A DNA stretch of 64,000 nucleotides from the human T2T-CHM13v2.0 reference genome, Homo sapiens (GCF_009914755.1 NC_060926.1), one strand, 5' to 3'. Shown: positions 29,996 to 44,310, counted from the first letter of the stretch. A program made the numbers and translations. The notes: a model not told the origin generated them from the sequence alone.

Positions 29996-30902
29996 ATCCG
30001 TAACTACACAGATGTGAGTTGGTTTACCACATTAGCTAGCTAAAGTCTAGGAGAGGATAAGGAATAAAGAAATGAAACACCCTGGAAAAATGGAAATATA
30101 CTGGTTTATGGTGTTAAGTTACTCAAAGGTATTTACTGAGCACCTATTGTCCCTCTGCATGATACATTAGCTGCAGACAGGAGAGCCCCCTCCGGGGAAG
30201 AATGGAGGAAGGACAATAGATTGGGGTGGCAGGATGCTTTGGAGGCAGTATCAGTTTCTCAAGTAGGGAGAAGAGCACCTCACAGACAACTTCTCAGAGC
30301 TATCCAAGGAAAGTTAGAGCATCAGGGTTAGACCATGTCCTCTGTCATGCTACAGTCTGGCAGTAGGAACACTTCTGGCTCCTGCAGAAGAGACTAGGAG
30401 TACACCCAGACAATGGGGGAGGGTAATTAGCTCTCATTGAACCAGGGGGCACTGTGGCCTATGCCCTTTAGACTACTGGGAAGATCGTTGTTTTCAACTC
30501 TTTTAAGTTGGTGGTAAATAACATGTATCTTTCACTTCATGAACACCTACCACACAATCCTAATAGGATTCAATTTTTTGTGTGAATCCTATTGGGTTCT
30601 GCTTCAATAATATTCTTCCCCAAATTCCTCGAAGGACATTTTCTCCTCTTTATAAGATTTTACAAATCCCCTGTTTCCTTGTAGGGAATTAATTTTTATT
30701 ATCACTGGCTGATGTTTCCAGTACAAGACAATGAATGGTATTTGAATTCCTACTAATTGTTAACTCTAGTAGACAATTAGTACAATACATAGGGTAAATG
30801 CATTATAGTTAGATAGCAGGAAAGAATAATTAGAAATACAGCATTTGTGATCGTTGGTGTTAATACTTCTATTAAGCTAGGCTAGCCATTTGCTTTGTTT
30901 AG

Positions 30903-31617
<715 letters not shown>

Positions 31618-32325
31618 AAGTTAACAATGTCTTCTCTTGTAATCAACTCATAACATTTTGATTAAACTAACATGATTACCCTTAACCACAGAAATGCAAA
31701 CATTCAGATTCACAACTTTCTTGATTGTTCTCTGTCAAAGACATTAGTTAATATTGGTTAAAAGAACAATACATTTAGATTTGCACAGTTGCTGTTATTG
31801 GAAACATATTATGGTTATAAAATATTGCAAGAATATGTGACAACACTTAGGTTAGACAACATGAAGAACAGTGGTATTATCAGGGTGAAAATATATATAT
31901 TCTCAGCCATTCTTGTGGAATTAAGATAAACAACCATTTGACTTTGTTGAGTCTCATTCAGTCTTAAAATGGAGGGACTTTTTAGAAGGTCTGTGGAGAA
32001 CCTATTGACTGGCTAGCCTGGGAGACATGCTCAGTCCTCTTTTCCCAGCTACTTCATGCAATGGAGGCTGGAAAGCAACATGCTAACTTTCCCAGCATCC
32101 TTTGCAGCTAGGATTGGCTGTATGATTCATTTCTCATCAATGTTGCATAAGATGTAGTCTATGGGGGAACTCTAGTGATGTTTTTAGCCTTCCTTATACT
32201 TTTGTCTTAAAGGTAAATGACTAGAGTGCTGGGAGTCAATTTGCAACCAGAGGCCACAAGCATGAGGACAAAAAGCTAGCATGGTAATCACGGCCAAGTA
32301 AATAGATACAATGAGCCAATATTGG

Positions 32326-32615
32326 CTCCTCTATTTGGCTTAACATAGCTTTGTCTCAATTCTTAGCCTTAATGCAGGCTACTTTTCAAAAGTAGGGTTC
32401 TACCACAAAACAACCTTTTTGCCCCTGGCAATGATTCTTGTGCAGTTTACTGAAGTAGGCTTGATCCTGTCCTTTCTTCTCCAACCCAAATTTGCTCAAA
32501 CCAGTATTGAGTGCCCCAAACTTATAGATCCCAAGAGTTCTTCTTAACTATGGATAAAACTTTGCCTGAGTTCTTGTTACAATACAAATATGTGGCCGAA
32601 AAAGGTACCTGTATA
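32326..32615 (+). repeat. Copy 2 of the 290-bp local duplication (no Alu), lying inside an MLT1 LTR remnant (about 32000-32900)
   Basis: Matches 29386-29995 minus the Alu; MLT1 motifs resume after it (ttttgatgacattgttgatctgct). Confidence 0.95.
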
Positions 32616-32699
32616 TAAAGGGCTTTTGATGACATTGTTGATCTGCTACACATCTCTTTCATGTTTGCCTTCCTCCAGTCTTTTAATTCTATAAGATGA

Positions 32700-32860
32700 T
32701 TTTATTAATAATTAATATGAATACAACATATATTATATATTGTATATATTATATATTATAAATTGTATATATTATAACATATATAATAATATAGTATATA
32801 TATAATATATGGTATATATACTATATATAATATTATAACATAATAACTTTATTATTTATG
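32700..32860. repeat. Degenerate (TA)n-rich low-complexity tract
   Basis: atatattatatattgtatatattatatattata... Confidence 0.9.
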
Positions 32861-33128
32861 TAATGGATTGTCAGGCTTTTTTGTTGTCATTTACTTGTGG
32901 CCAGCAGTAGCTTATTCATATGGTTCTCCACCACTTTGAAGAGATACATCTGCAATGATCTGAACACCAAGTCAATTATCTATCAAAAACATGGTTCAAA
33001 TGTACTTCCATTGGAGTAATCTAATGCAGCACCATCCAACAGAACACTGATGAGGGAAACATTCATAAAGAACACATATGTTTGTGTGATGAAGGAATAT
33101 ATGTGATCTATTTACGATATAGAACATA

Positions 33129-34641
33129 CAGTCATGTACAACAAAATGAAGTGTTGGCCAATGACGAACTGCATACACAATGGTGATCCCTTAAGATTAT
33201 AATGAAGCTGAAAAATTCCTATTGCCTAGTGACGTCGTAGTTAAACCATTGTAATGTCATAGTGTAACCCACTACTCATGTGTTGTGGTGATGCTGGTGT
33301 ATAAAAAGCTATGTGCTTCCAGTCAGAGAAAAATCTAGCACATATAATGATGTATAGTACAGAATATTTGATAATGATAATAAGTGACTATTACTAGTTT
33401 ATGTATGTACTACTATACTATACTTTTTACTGTTATTTTAGACTGTACCCCTTCCATTTAATAAAAAAAGTTAACAGCCTCAGGGAAATTCTTCAGGAGG
33501 TATCCAGAAGAAGACACTGTTATCACAGGAAATGACAGTCCTAGGTGTGTTATTGCTTCTGAAGATCTTCCAGTGGGAGAAGATGTGGAAGTGGAAGACA
33601 GTGATATTGATGATTCTGACCCTGCGGAGGCCTAGCTAATATGTGTGTTTGTGTCTTCGTTTTTAACAAAAAATTTAAAATGGGAAAAAAAATTTTTAAT
33701 AGAAAAATCTTACAGAATAAGGATATAAAAATTATATTTTTGTGCAGCTCTACAATGTGTTTGTTTTAAGCTAAGTATTATCACAAAGTCAAAACGTTAA
33801 AAATTAATTGAAAAGTTTATAAAGTAAAAAAGTGACAGTAAGCTGAAGTTAATTTATTATCGAAGAAATTTTTTCCAATAAATTTAGTGTAGCCTAAGTG
33901 TACAGTGTTTATGAATTCTACAGTAGTGTAAGGTGATGTCCTGGGCCCTCCATTCACTCACCACTCACTAACTAACCCACCCAGAGCAACCTCCAGTTCT
34001 ATAAGTGCCCTATACAGGTATATTGTTGTTTATCTTTGATGCTAATTGTTTTTTTTTTTTGAGACAGAGTCTCGCTCTGTCACCCAGGCTAGAGTGCATT
34101 GGCATGATCTCGGCTCACTGCAATCTCTGCCTCCCGGGTTCACACCGTTCTCCTGCCTCAGCCTCCTGAGTAGCTGGGACTACAGGCACCCACAACCACG
34201 CCCGGCTAATTTTTTTTTTTTTTTTTTTTTTTTTGTATTTTTAGTAGAGACAGGGTTTCACCGTGTTAGCCAGAATGGTCTCAATCTCCTGACCTCGTGA
34301 TCCACCTGCCTTGGCCTCCCAAAGTGCTGGGATTACAGGTGTGAGCCACTGCACCAGGCCGATACTCGTATTTTTTTTAACCTTACCTTTTCTATGTTTA
34401 GCTCTGGGTAGATAGACAAATACTTACCATTGTGTTTTAATTGCCTGCAATATTCAGTACAGTAACATGCTGTACAGGCTCGTAGCCTAGGACCAACAGG
34501 CTATATCATATAGCCTAGGTATGTAGTAGGCTATACCATCTAGGTTTGTGTAAGTACACTCTTTGATACTTGCACAACCTTGAAATTGCCGAATGACACA
34601 TTTCTCAGGACATATTCCTGTCACCAAGCAACCCATGACTG
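33129..34641 (+). mobile_element. Tigger3b-like TcMar DNA transposon with TA TSD, interrupted by an AluY
   Basis: Termini ta|CAGTCATG...CATGACTG|ta; internal Tigger3 motifs (ccagtgggagaagatgtggaagtggaagacagtgatattgatgat; ataccatctaggtttgtgtaagtacactct). Confidence 0.88.
34049..34340 (-). mobile_element. AluY with an expanded middle A-tract
   Basis: AluY diagnostics (ccgggttcacaccgttc, ccgtgttagccag). Confidence 0.92.
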
Positions 34642-34654
34642 TACAGAAGACAGG

Positions 34655-34780
34655 GCCACTGAAAATTCAAAATGTGGCTACTGTTATTGAGGAAGTAAAT
34701 TTTTAATTTTATCTTGCTTCATTAATTTAAATTGAAACAGCCAACATGTGGCTGGTGGTTATGGCATCAAGCAGCACAGA
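34655..34780. mobile_element. MER3-like hAT-Charlie fragment
   Basis: aaatgtggcta...gaggaagtaaatttttaatttta...agccaacatgtggct. Confidence 0.6.
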
Positions 34781-36185
34781 TACAAAGAATTGCTACCTAC
34801 TAAAAAATATTTGAAGAGATTCCTGTAGTTCTCTTAGGAAAAATTCAGCTTGTAACTTTATATATATTATTTCACAGGCCCAAGAACACCTCGTTATAGA
34901 AAAATGATGACTCAGCAGGGCTTTGCACAATGTCATGTTTGAAGGCTGTTAAACAATATTTAACTCGAATATTAGCTAACTAGGCAGAACTGATACCAAT
35001 TTAAGCATTTTACATTGACAACTATAATAAAGGATGTCCTTTTGGAATAATAATCTTATTCAGACTACACTCTTTCAGCTGTTTGTTAAGACTTTTGTGT
35101 TCCCAATTACGAATGAAAAGAATAATAATGGCATGCCAGTCTCATTAAGCCACGGGGGTAAAACAACTCTCTCAGACAAACTATAAATTATCATTTGCAC
35201 AAGACCGCTGAGTATGCTAGAAAATCAGCCACAAAGTGTGCCAACATGGCGCCGAATAGTGGGAGACTGAGAGTAGGCAGCTAAAGATGCTCCCAGTGAA
35301 AGGAGAGGAGAAATGGATACTGATTATACTGGACACTGGGGATCTGTGGGGCTGTCATATACTGGAGCATGGTATTCAGTACTGTCTCCTACACCCAAAT
35401 GTGACTTGCGGAAGTGATTCCATGATGCCTCAGTGTCTTGTGTCAAGCTAAATAGTCAGCACACTCACATTCATGGCTATATTTAGAGCCTGAGGAACAA
35501 CCACTTCTTCAAGTGTCCAGGGTGGCCTGGAGGAGCTAAAGGTGCCACTTCTTCTATCTCTTGACAAGGAATGCACTCACAGGCAAGTTCTCCATCACTG
35601 GTTACCTCCAAGCTGCTGTAAAGAGGTCAGCAAAGTTCCTGCGTGCTGGGAACTTGAGTTCCTTCAAGGTTATGTACAATTTTAAGACGTGGCTGACAAG
35701 CTGAACTTATTTCAGAGACAGGACTATCTATATTCTGAGTTTTAACAGAAATGATGTAAAAAGAGAGTTGAGAGTTTTGGCAAACCGTATTTTCTTATTC
35801 TATATTTGCTACTACGTGTAAAACATTCAATTTATAAAATATTTCATTTAAGAAAGCCACCACCTACACTTCTAACCACTAGGTGTTCTTGAGATAATTA
35901 TAGAAACTGGATTACTCAGTATCACTTTCATTTCATATTGACAAATACTTCTCATCAGTTTGCTTTGCATTCTTTTGGAAATACCTGTTTTCCTCATAGG
36001 TGCTGCTTTGACCCACTTATTTTATGGTAACGTCCAATGTCTAAGGAGATAATGGCAACCATGTGTGAATAGTTAACACTCAGTCTTGATAGAGGGACAT
36101 GGTCTCTAGGAATGTACCATATCTGGAAGAAGGATACATTTAGAATAAGTCTCCATAAAAGACATATGAATATGTGAATTTTTAC

Positions 36186-36264
36186 CTATGATGTGGCTCT
36201 GAAATACAGAATCTGCAACTGCATCGTCTTCATCCTCTTGCAAGTTTTCATTTGCCTCTTTTAC
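36186..36264 (-). CDS. NCKAP5: NCKAP5 internal coding exon (79 nt, phase 0-1): VKEANENLQEDEDDAVADSVFQSHII
   Basis: Acceptor ttttcttcttcctgcag|GTAAAAGAG and donor ATAG|gtaaaa; within ORF-track 36106..36417. No further exon was found down to position 1. Confidence 0.93.
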
Positions 36265-39200
36265 CTGCAGGAAGAAGAAAATGATGCAAGTTCTTATTTG
36301 TTTTATTAAAAAGATCCTTTTGCAATCCTCAGAGTAATGGTACATTCTATAACAAATATGTGGGCATAGGTGTGAGTGTTTGCATGTATATACATGTGTG
36401 AGTATGTATGTATACATATAAAATACATTTTTTTCGTTCTACTTTTCCGCACTCCATCATTTGGCTTTATTACAAGTTTTAATTATAAGAGCTTATTTTC
36501 AGACATATAACCTCATTTCTGAAGGAGAGAATTTACAGGGTATCTAATTCTACACAAAATTTTAGAGATAACAGCTTAGCTTGTTAATAATTAATGAAAT
36601 CAGTAACACAGGGCTGTTAGGAAACGTTAAAGTCTAACGAGGTATAATTCCTCCAGAGTCAGTGACTTCCACTGCAAGTTATTTTAATAGGAATAAAAAT
36701 ATATACTTTAAATATACTTAGGTCTGCTGGCTCTTTCCTGGAATGTAACTTAAGAAGATAATTTTTTTTCATTCTTTCCATAATCAAAGGAGATGACAAT
36801 GATGTATGTATGATCAGTGAACCAGAGCAGTGAGTCATTTATCTAGATATTTTTTTTTTGAGCCAAAAACATTCCCTCTTATATTTCAGTTGGAAGGCCC
36901 AGGCACTAGATTGGGCAGCATCAGATGGAACTCTACACAGAATTTAATGAAGTTCCAGTATTTTACAGATGAGAATTCTGAGGTCTAGGAAGTCTCCTTA
37001 AAGTTGGCACAAATGCAGTAAGTGGCAACACTGGCATGAAAGCCCAGGCCCCCTACTTCCCAATCCAGTAGCAGGAGAAGTAATAGCATCATCAGCAATA
37101 CCAACCACAATAGAAACAGTGAACACTTACATACTGGGCAGGTGCTGTTTGCACGTAAGATCTCAAAATCCTTACAACAGTGCTATGAAGCAGGTGCTAT
37201 GGTTAGCTTTATTTTAGAGATGAAGACCCATCCCAAAGCAATAGAGAAGGTAATTGTCAAAATGGTGGCACTGGGATTTAAACGCAACAAATCTGACTCC
37301 GGATTTGTGTTTACTGGGGGGACCTTTGGTATTCTCAAATTTTCCACTTGAATATGCCTGTGTAGACTTGGACTCAGTATCAAGACAACTTAGGGTTCTA
37401 GAGGTAATGGCGCTACATAGCTCTTTTAAAATACATTCCAGACAGCCACCTAGGCAGCCAATGATAATAACGTGCAATGCAATGGGTGTCCCGCTTAGGC
37501 ACGTACATTAGAGGTTGTCAGTGGATTTGCTACAGGGCTTGAGTTGAATGCCAAGAAATTATTATTTTATACTGTCAATGTGAAAGTCATATGGCTGAAT
37601 ACTGACCTTGAGCTGGATTTAGCTTTCTACTTTTTGCCTCCTATTTTTCATACTTAATGGAATAAGACCAATTATTTACATTTTATGACTGCAGTTTCAA
37701 TATTAGAATGTAATTGGTGCTTAATCTGTACCATGCTGATAGCCAGAGATGGCAAACTCAAGAGAGTATGTAAATGGCTAACTCAACACTGGCAAGGACA
37801 GATCGTTAAGCGTTCAGTATCAAGAGGCCATGCTTCATCACTTTCTTTCCCCTTCAGCTGTCTAATCTGTGGGCATTTCCCTGTTTGTTAGCAGCTCCAC
37901 AGAAAGAAAGTCAGAGAATGAAAGAAAGCAGGAAAAAAGGGTTTCATTAACTGACCGTGTTCTAGCAGCACATATTTACAGATGGCAGGGAGGAAACACA
38001 CTGTGAGTATGAGAAAGACCAAAGTACTACTTATTTGCCTTCCAAGGTTCTCTTTGCTCAGGGATCTGTTTGTAACAAGGTGACCCAAAGGCCCCCAAAC
38101 ACCTCAGTTTCCATTAATAATCCACTGGGAGCCTTTTATCCTCTTTTATAGAACAACAAGGAAATCATATTTTCAGTTTCATATCAGCTCTTATGGCAAT
38201 ATGTCCCATATTTCTTGCACCTGTTAATGTAAAATAGTATTTCCTTTGGGTTTTTCCAAATTTATACATTTTAAACTCGCAGGGGTGCCCTCGAAACCTG
38301 TTGGACTGTCAGTAAATCATCATCTCTGCTGGCCTGTGAAATTCTAGATGAAAGAATCAAATAATTAGAACAAAGTTTTCATCTTACAGATAAAGAAAAA
38401 GGAGCTTCAGAGAGGGTTAATAATTTATTCAAAGTCATACAGAATTTCAGTTATAGAACAGGCACTCCTGATTCCTATTCATTGCTATAATTCAATTTTT
38501 CAGAGTGCCCTGTCCTGTTACAGCTATCCTTTCCAGACCTTCCAAAGAACTACTCTTTCTTAGTGTCTACCATTTAGATATGAAGGCAATATTCCAAGTA
38601 TCCATAAACTATATTTTAAGAGTAGTAAACATTTTTCATGCATGTGTGTGTGTATAATTCTCTGCTTCCCTTCCCTACTGTTCCTTACCTGTTCCGTGCC
38701 CCTTCTCCACCTCCTTTCTCTAATTATCATATTTAAGAAAGAAAACAAAAGCTACTGCACAGTCCTACCTGTCAGCTCCTTGCCAGAGGCATTCCAGGGC
38801 TTTATGTGCTTAACCGTAAACACTAAATGTGGCCTCTGGGGACTTATGAGAAGAACTGAGATGGTGAACAAGCCCCCTGGCTCTTTCAGCTCTCCTGGGC
38901 TGGATGACCCATGAGGGGCAGATGACTCACTGGGGGAAATTGTGAACTTGATGGGAATGGATGAAGAAGCAGCAAGAAAATGGAAAGTGGGAGAGTGCTT
39001 TAGAGTGCCATACTTGTCAATTCTAATTATCCATACAAATAGATTTCAATGCAAAGTGGTGAGTAATTAAAAAAAATCCATTTGCCTATGGAAATGAGGG
39101 GCATAATTTATTTTGGCAGCAGATTCCCCTTGCTAATTATATTTTTCATAGGATGAAATTTAAATTAATTTTCATTCTTGATCCCATAGGAGCTGGATGT

Positions 39201-42200
39201 TGGTGGGAAGTTGTGGGAGTTTTCCCGGGAGTAAGAGGGCTGCCAGGTCAAGCATTTGCCAAAAATAGGCACAAGTGGGACAGTCTCCATGTGGGAAAGC
39301 ACTGCAAAGAATGGGAGAGTGAACACAAAACCAAGAAGTCTGCCAAACGTTTGGTTCAGAAAAGATGTAGAAATGTAGAAATGTCCCAGTCACTGTTGCC
39401 ATCCCAGGAACAGAAACAAGTCCATGTCAGTTATGTCCTATTTGGTAAAAAGTAGAAGGTGACTCACAAGCAACAACCATGGGCCATTTTTGGTTTAAGT
39501 TACTTGTCAGTACTTTGGGTGTCTTCTAATGATTTATCTCTAACTCTTGTCCATCTTTTGGGGCTCTGCAGTTCTAGTTAGGAACTACTCCAAACACCAG
39601 TCTGCAACAGGCAACAATTAAATATCACTGCACTTCTATTTTATTCACCCCTGTTTCTAGGAAGGGCAGGAAGAAATGTGCCTACAAGAGACACAGGGGG
39701 AAAAGGGGAGAAAATAATTCACCATTGACATAATTGATATAATTTCATAATTAAACCCAATTTTATATCAATTCACCATTGATATAATTTCATAATTAAA
39801 CCCAAATTTGAGAACATCCTTCATTTGGAGTTCTATATATATTTCTTCCCTGAATCAACCTAACACTAACGGCTTCCCAAGAAACCAACATTTTGATGTC
39901 AAAGCTCATTTGAAAAGGAAAAGAACATAAGTGAGACAGGAAATAATCCTGGGAGAGAAAGCTCCTGGAAAGCATAACCTTTGGAAAAGTTACTAATTTA
40001 GAAAACTTTGCAGACGGAGGGCAAAATATGCATGTTTCTTATTAGCATCAAAATACCATTTAGAATAGAATTTTTCAATTAAGGATGTTAAAATTGTAAC
40101 ATTTCGCAGAACTTAATAAGATGATAACAATTTGTGTAATTATTGTACTATTTTCTGCCATTTTATCACCGTGGTACCATTTTAATGGGATAGTATTTGA
40201 TGCTTTTTTATTAGCAGACATGATTTTTTTTTTAGACTATGTGACACTGGGTAAAGAGAATACCCATAATTTAAATTAAAATACCCATACTAAAATGGTC
40301 ATATTAAAATGGTTCACGATGAAGGTATATGATCTCATTAATTTTGTTAATGATTTTTATTTTTGTCCAGTGATAGTTAAATAGGAGCCTAGAGCTGTCT
40401 TTCTTTGAGACTTTTCATTTCAGAAAATTATCTAAATCTACAGGAAAGAAGAACTTGAAACATGTAGCAAGTATAGTGTACCTCTTTCTGACTTACTGAC
40501 TTAATACCAAAGCAGTCTTTCTAGGAGATGCCTTTTCCCTATTTTATAATGATTTTATATAATTTAAATAAAAGTACCAAGTAACATGGCCCTTGTCTAA
40601 ATTACACAAAAATTAGAGCTAAGTGGTCTATAAACAATGGCAGAAATGGGGATATAAGCTTCTAATTAAGGCTCTGAAATAAGAAAAAATTTAATTCAGA
40701 CAAACATTAATAGGACTTTGAAACATATTTTAGAATGTTTCTAGCAATACTAAAAATGAATATGCAGTTACTAGTGAACTAAGCGGAGGTTTGCTACACA
40801 TGTGGATTTGTTATATGTATGGAAATAATCTATTATTATTATATATTAGAATACTAAAAATGCCTTAGGACTCTCATAACTATATATAATCTTAGTTTGT
40901 AAAGAACAAAAGATGGTGGTATAGTACGTCATAAGGTTTCAAACAGTGGTTTTATTTAGAAAAAGAGTGTGATACGTAGTGCATTGCATATATACATTGT
41001 TTTCATCCAGAATAACTTCTATGAAAACAATTCTTTGCAACACACTTTAAAATAAGCAGACAGTGAATTTACCTTGAGCCCTAGTGGGGGGAAATTCTCT
41101 TCAACTCTGAATTTTAAAAGGTTCATGGGTATTCACATCAATGTGCTGTGGTGTTAAAATACATCTCATTTTGCATCTAATCTCCTTCCTATATAGGCTG
41201 ATAACATATAATAAATGAGTTTTCCCTCCTAATCTTGTACCAGTCACAAAGGAGTCTATAGCAACGTCCTTTGTGAAATTAGTAATTTTAGCCCAATCCA
41301 TGCTGATGATTATGGAGATGAAACAAAAAGCACTGCATTTTACATTTAAAAAAATGACTAGCTGGTCAACTACCCAGGTTAATAACATTTCTCTGTATGG
41401 AAAAGCTTCTCAGCATGACTAATTTGTCTTTCAGCTAACTGGAAAAATCATCATATGGATTATGTATATGTGGGGTCGTTAGGGAATCTTTGTACTTCAC
41501 AGAAAATAATTAGAGTGTTTCTTGCAGATATTCTGGAAAGACCAAAGGACCCTGTGAAAGACTGCAGATGAGAGAGGAAAAGCATGGCAAATAACCTTAG
41601 CATTAGGAAGTAATAAGAAAATAAAAATGAAATTGTGAAAGCCAAACATAAAGTCTTTTTGTTTTTTTGGTACTTCTGTACAGTGAAGATATACCCTAGG
41701 CTGTCAGGACCATATTAAATGGGTCATAGTTAAATTGAGTGCCTCTGATAAGGGGCTCTGCCAGGCTATCAAAGTTTTCCATCAGCTGGATTGAATTTCC
41801 AGCATATTGCACATTTTCACACATTCATTCTCTCTTCCTCCTTTCAGTGACACCACAAGGGCAGCCTTAGATATGCTTACAATTTGTGGTTTTATAATGC
41901 AGGGGACATCTGTGTTTTCAAAGAAGGGATGATACCATGGAAGCCAAGAGCAGAAATGGGATGAGGGAAAGAAAAAAAAAAAAAAAACTTTTGCAACGAA
42001 CATAATCTGCATATAATTTTGGAGAGTTTGTAAAAAAGACCTTATGGCTCTGTAGAGTCAAGAGCTATTTGAATAAAAAAATTTAAACATCCATTTCTCT
42101 CAAATTAAAGTCTGTGAAACTTGAAGGAAATCTAAACATCAATAAGTATTTATAGCTAATAATTAATAACTAATAATGTCAACCATGGTCACTTTAAAAT

Positions 42201-42484
42201 CTCCTCTACTCTTGAATGACCCCAGAAAATAATGCAGGGAAATATTTCAAGTTTTCCCTCAGAAAATTGTAGTATGTCCTATATTTTAATAATCTCTTTA
42301 TTACAGTACAAAAAGATATGGATATAGTAATTCCATAAAGAGAATATTTTGTGTTTAAGTGCTCTGGAACTTGCCAAAAGCAACAATGAATACTATCAAA
42401 TTATTTACACAAGTACATGAAGAATGTACAGAGAGTAAGTGCAATTTAAGGTAATTTTAAAACAAAAATATTAACTGAAACTAG

Positions 42485-42820
<336 letters not shown>

Positions 42821-43422
42821 TTATTTTTTAATTTTTAAAAAGAAGGCTACTCCCTGAGTTCTGGACCTCACAATAGACTAAATGATAGGGAGCCAAGTTC
42901 CAAAAAAGATTTCTTAGTCTTAATAGCCTCTGTCTAAGTTGCATGAATTGGACATACAACTTTCATAAAACATGAACAATGCTTAAATCAAATCATCAAA
43001 ATAGGCAATACTCTCTTAAATTGTTTAGCACTTTTATTTTTAAAATCATGTTCATTCCTTTTTGGTGGCAGGTGATGTTAGAAATAATCATCAAAACAAA
43101 TTTCCAGCCCAGTGGTGTAATTTGAAGATGATACCAGTAGCATCATTTGCCTGGACTCACTGCGATTATACTCAACGTTCTGAAAACAGCTGGGAAAAGC
43201 AGCATTTCCTGAGAGCCAGGCCCACTCGAGGTCCAGCTGCCAGCTCTCTGCTGCAGTTGTCACCAGGATTTCGCTCTCTTTTTACAAATCCTTTTTCACT
43301 GACCTTTTCTTTCCCCCAGTTGCAATCTCTTACCCATACATTTTCATTAGCAAACGGTAGAAAGACCCCAGCCAGAACATCTCAGATTGTAGCACTTGAT
43401 ACCAGGATGGTGGAGCACTTAC

Positions 43423-43600
43423 CAGGGAGTCTTTTGGTACTTCCATATCGGCTTTGATTTTCATGTTTTTCTTGTGGTTTCCTTGAGTACTGATAGAGCT
43501 GCCGATGAGACAGGAGCCCTGAGAACTGCCCTTTAACACATTCCTGCAGGAAGCATTACTTGATCCACTTTCTGTCTGTGGAGCTGCTTTCTTATCAACT
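43423..43600 (-). CDS. NCKAP5: NCKAP5 internal coding exon (178 nt, phase 2-0): (R)VDKKAAPQTESGS...DMEVPKDSL
   Basis: Acceptor ctttctacctgcag|A GTT GAT and donor CTG|gtaagt; completes the split AG|A Arg codon of the giant exon. Confidence 0.95.
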
Positions 43601-44310
43601 CTGCAGGTAGAAAGTGATTCCTCTGATAAGTTACCTTGCTCCTTCTTCAATCACTCTCCTTTTCCCAATCTTTTTAATATTTAAAGTAACCTCTTTGTAG
43701 CTCTTTGTCTTTAAACCTTTGACGGATAAGGGTTTCTCATGGGCCTTGATCAAATCTTCAAATATTCTAGTAGCATGTCAATTTAGATTTGACAATATCA
43801 TAATGTATTTTTTATTTTTGTGATTTCTTGTGGAGAGGGGCAAAATAAAAACCACTGAAGAGTGATTATTAACTACATTTTTAGCTTAAGAGCAGCAAGA
43901 AATATAATTATTTCTGGAAAGTTTCCAAGTATATGTTTGCTAGGTATAATCAACGAAATCGGCATGCTTTAAAACGTATGTGTAATTTTCTTCCATTTCA
44001 CGCCATCTGGGTACATTCATAGCTCCTAGTGTAGGTGGAATTGCTATCAACCCTGATAAAACTTACCATTCTTTAATTTCAAAGGCCATTGGTTTGGTTA
44101 ACAAAGTAACATGGACTAAATGATCATTTTATTGCTAACTTTTATTTCATTGCTTAAATTCTGGCTAATGTATAAAAGACTGCTACTATTCATTTCTGCC
44201 TGTATGAAAAAACATGCTTGACTGGCCTTTAATGCACAGGAAGCAAACAACTCTTTTTAAGGTGGTGGAGGGACCCCTCTACATTGCTACCTGCTTTTCC
44301 AGTGAGTTAC

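Noticed and set aside
37963-37974. TAGCAGCACATA, and TAGCAGCACGT at 56012-56022, resemble the 5' ends of miR-15/16 family miRNAs
   Set aside because: Only 11-12 nt match, the remainder diverges and no pre-miRNA hairpin arm is visible; consistent with chance.
43330-43650. ORF-track proteins 43330..43650, 36106..36417 and 52342..52602 as complete genes
   Set aside because: Each is a real NCKAP5 exon extended by intronic read-through on both sides.
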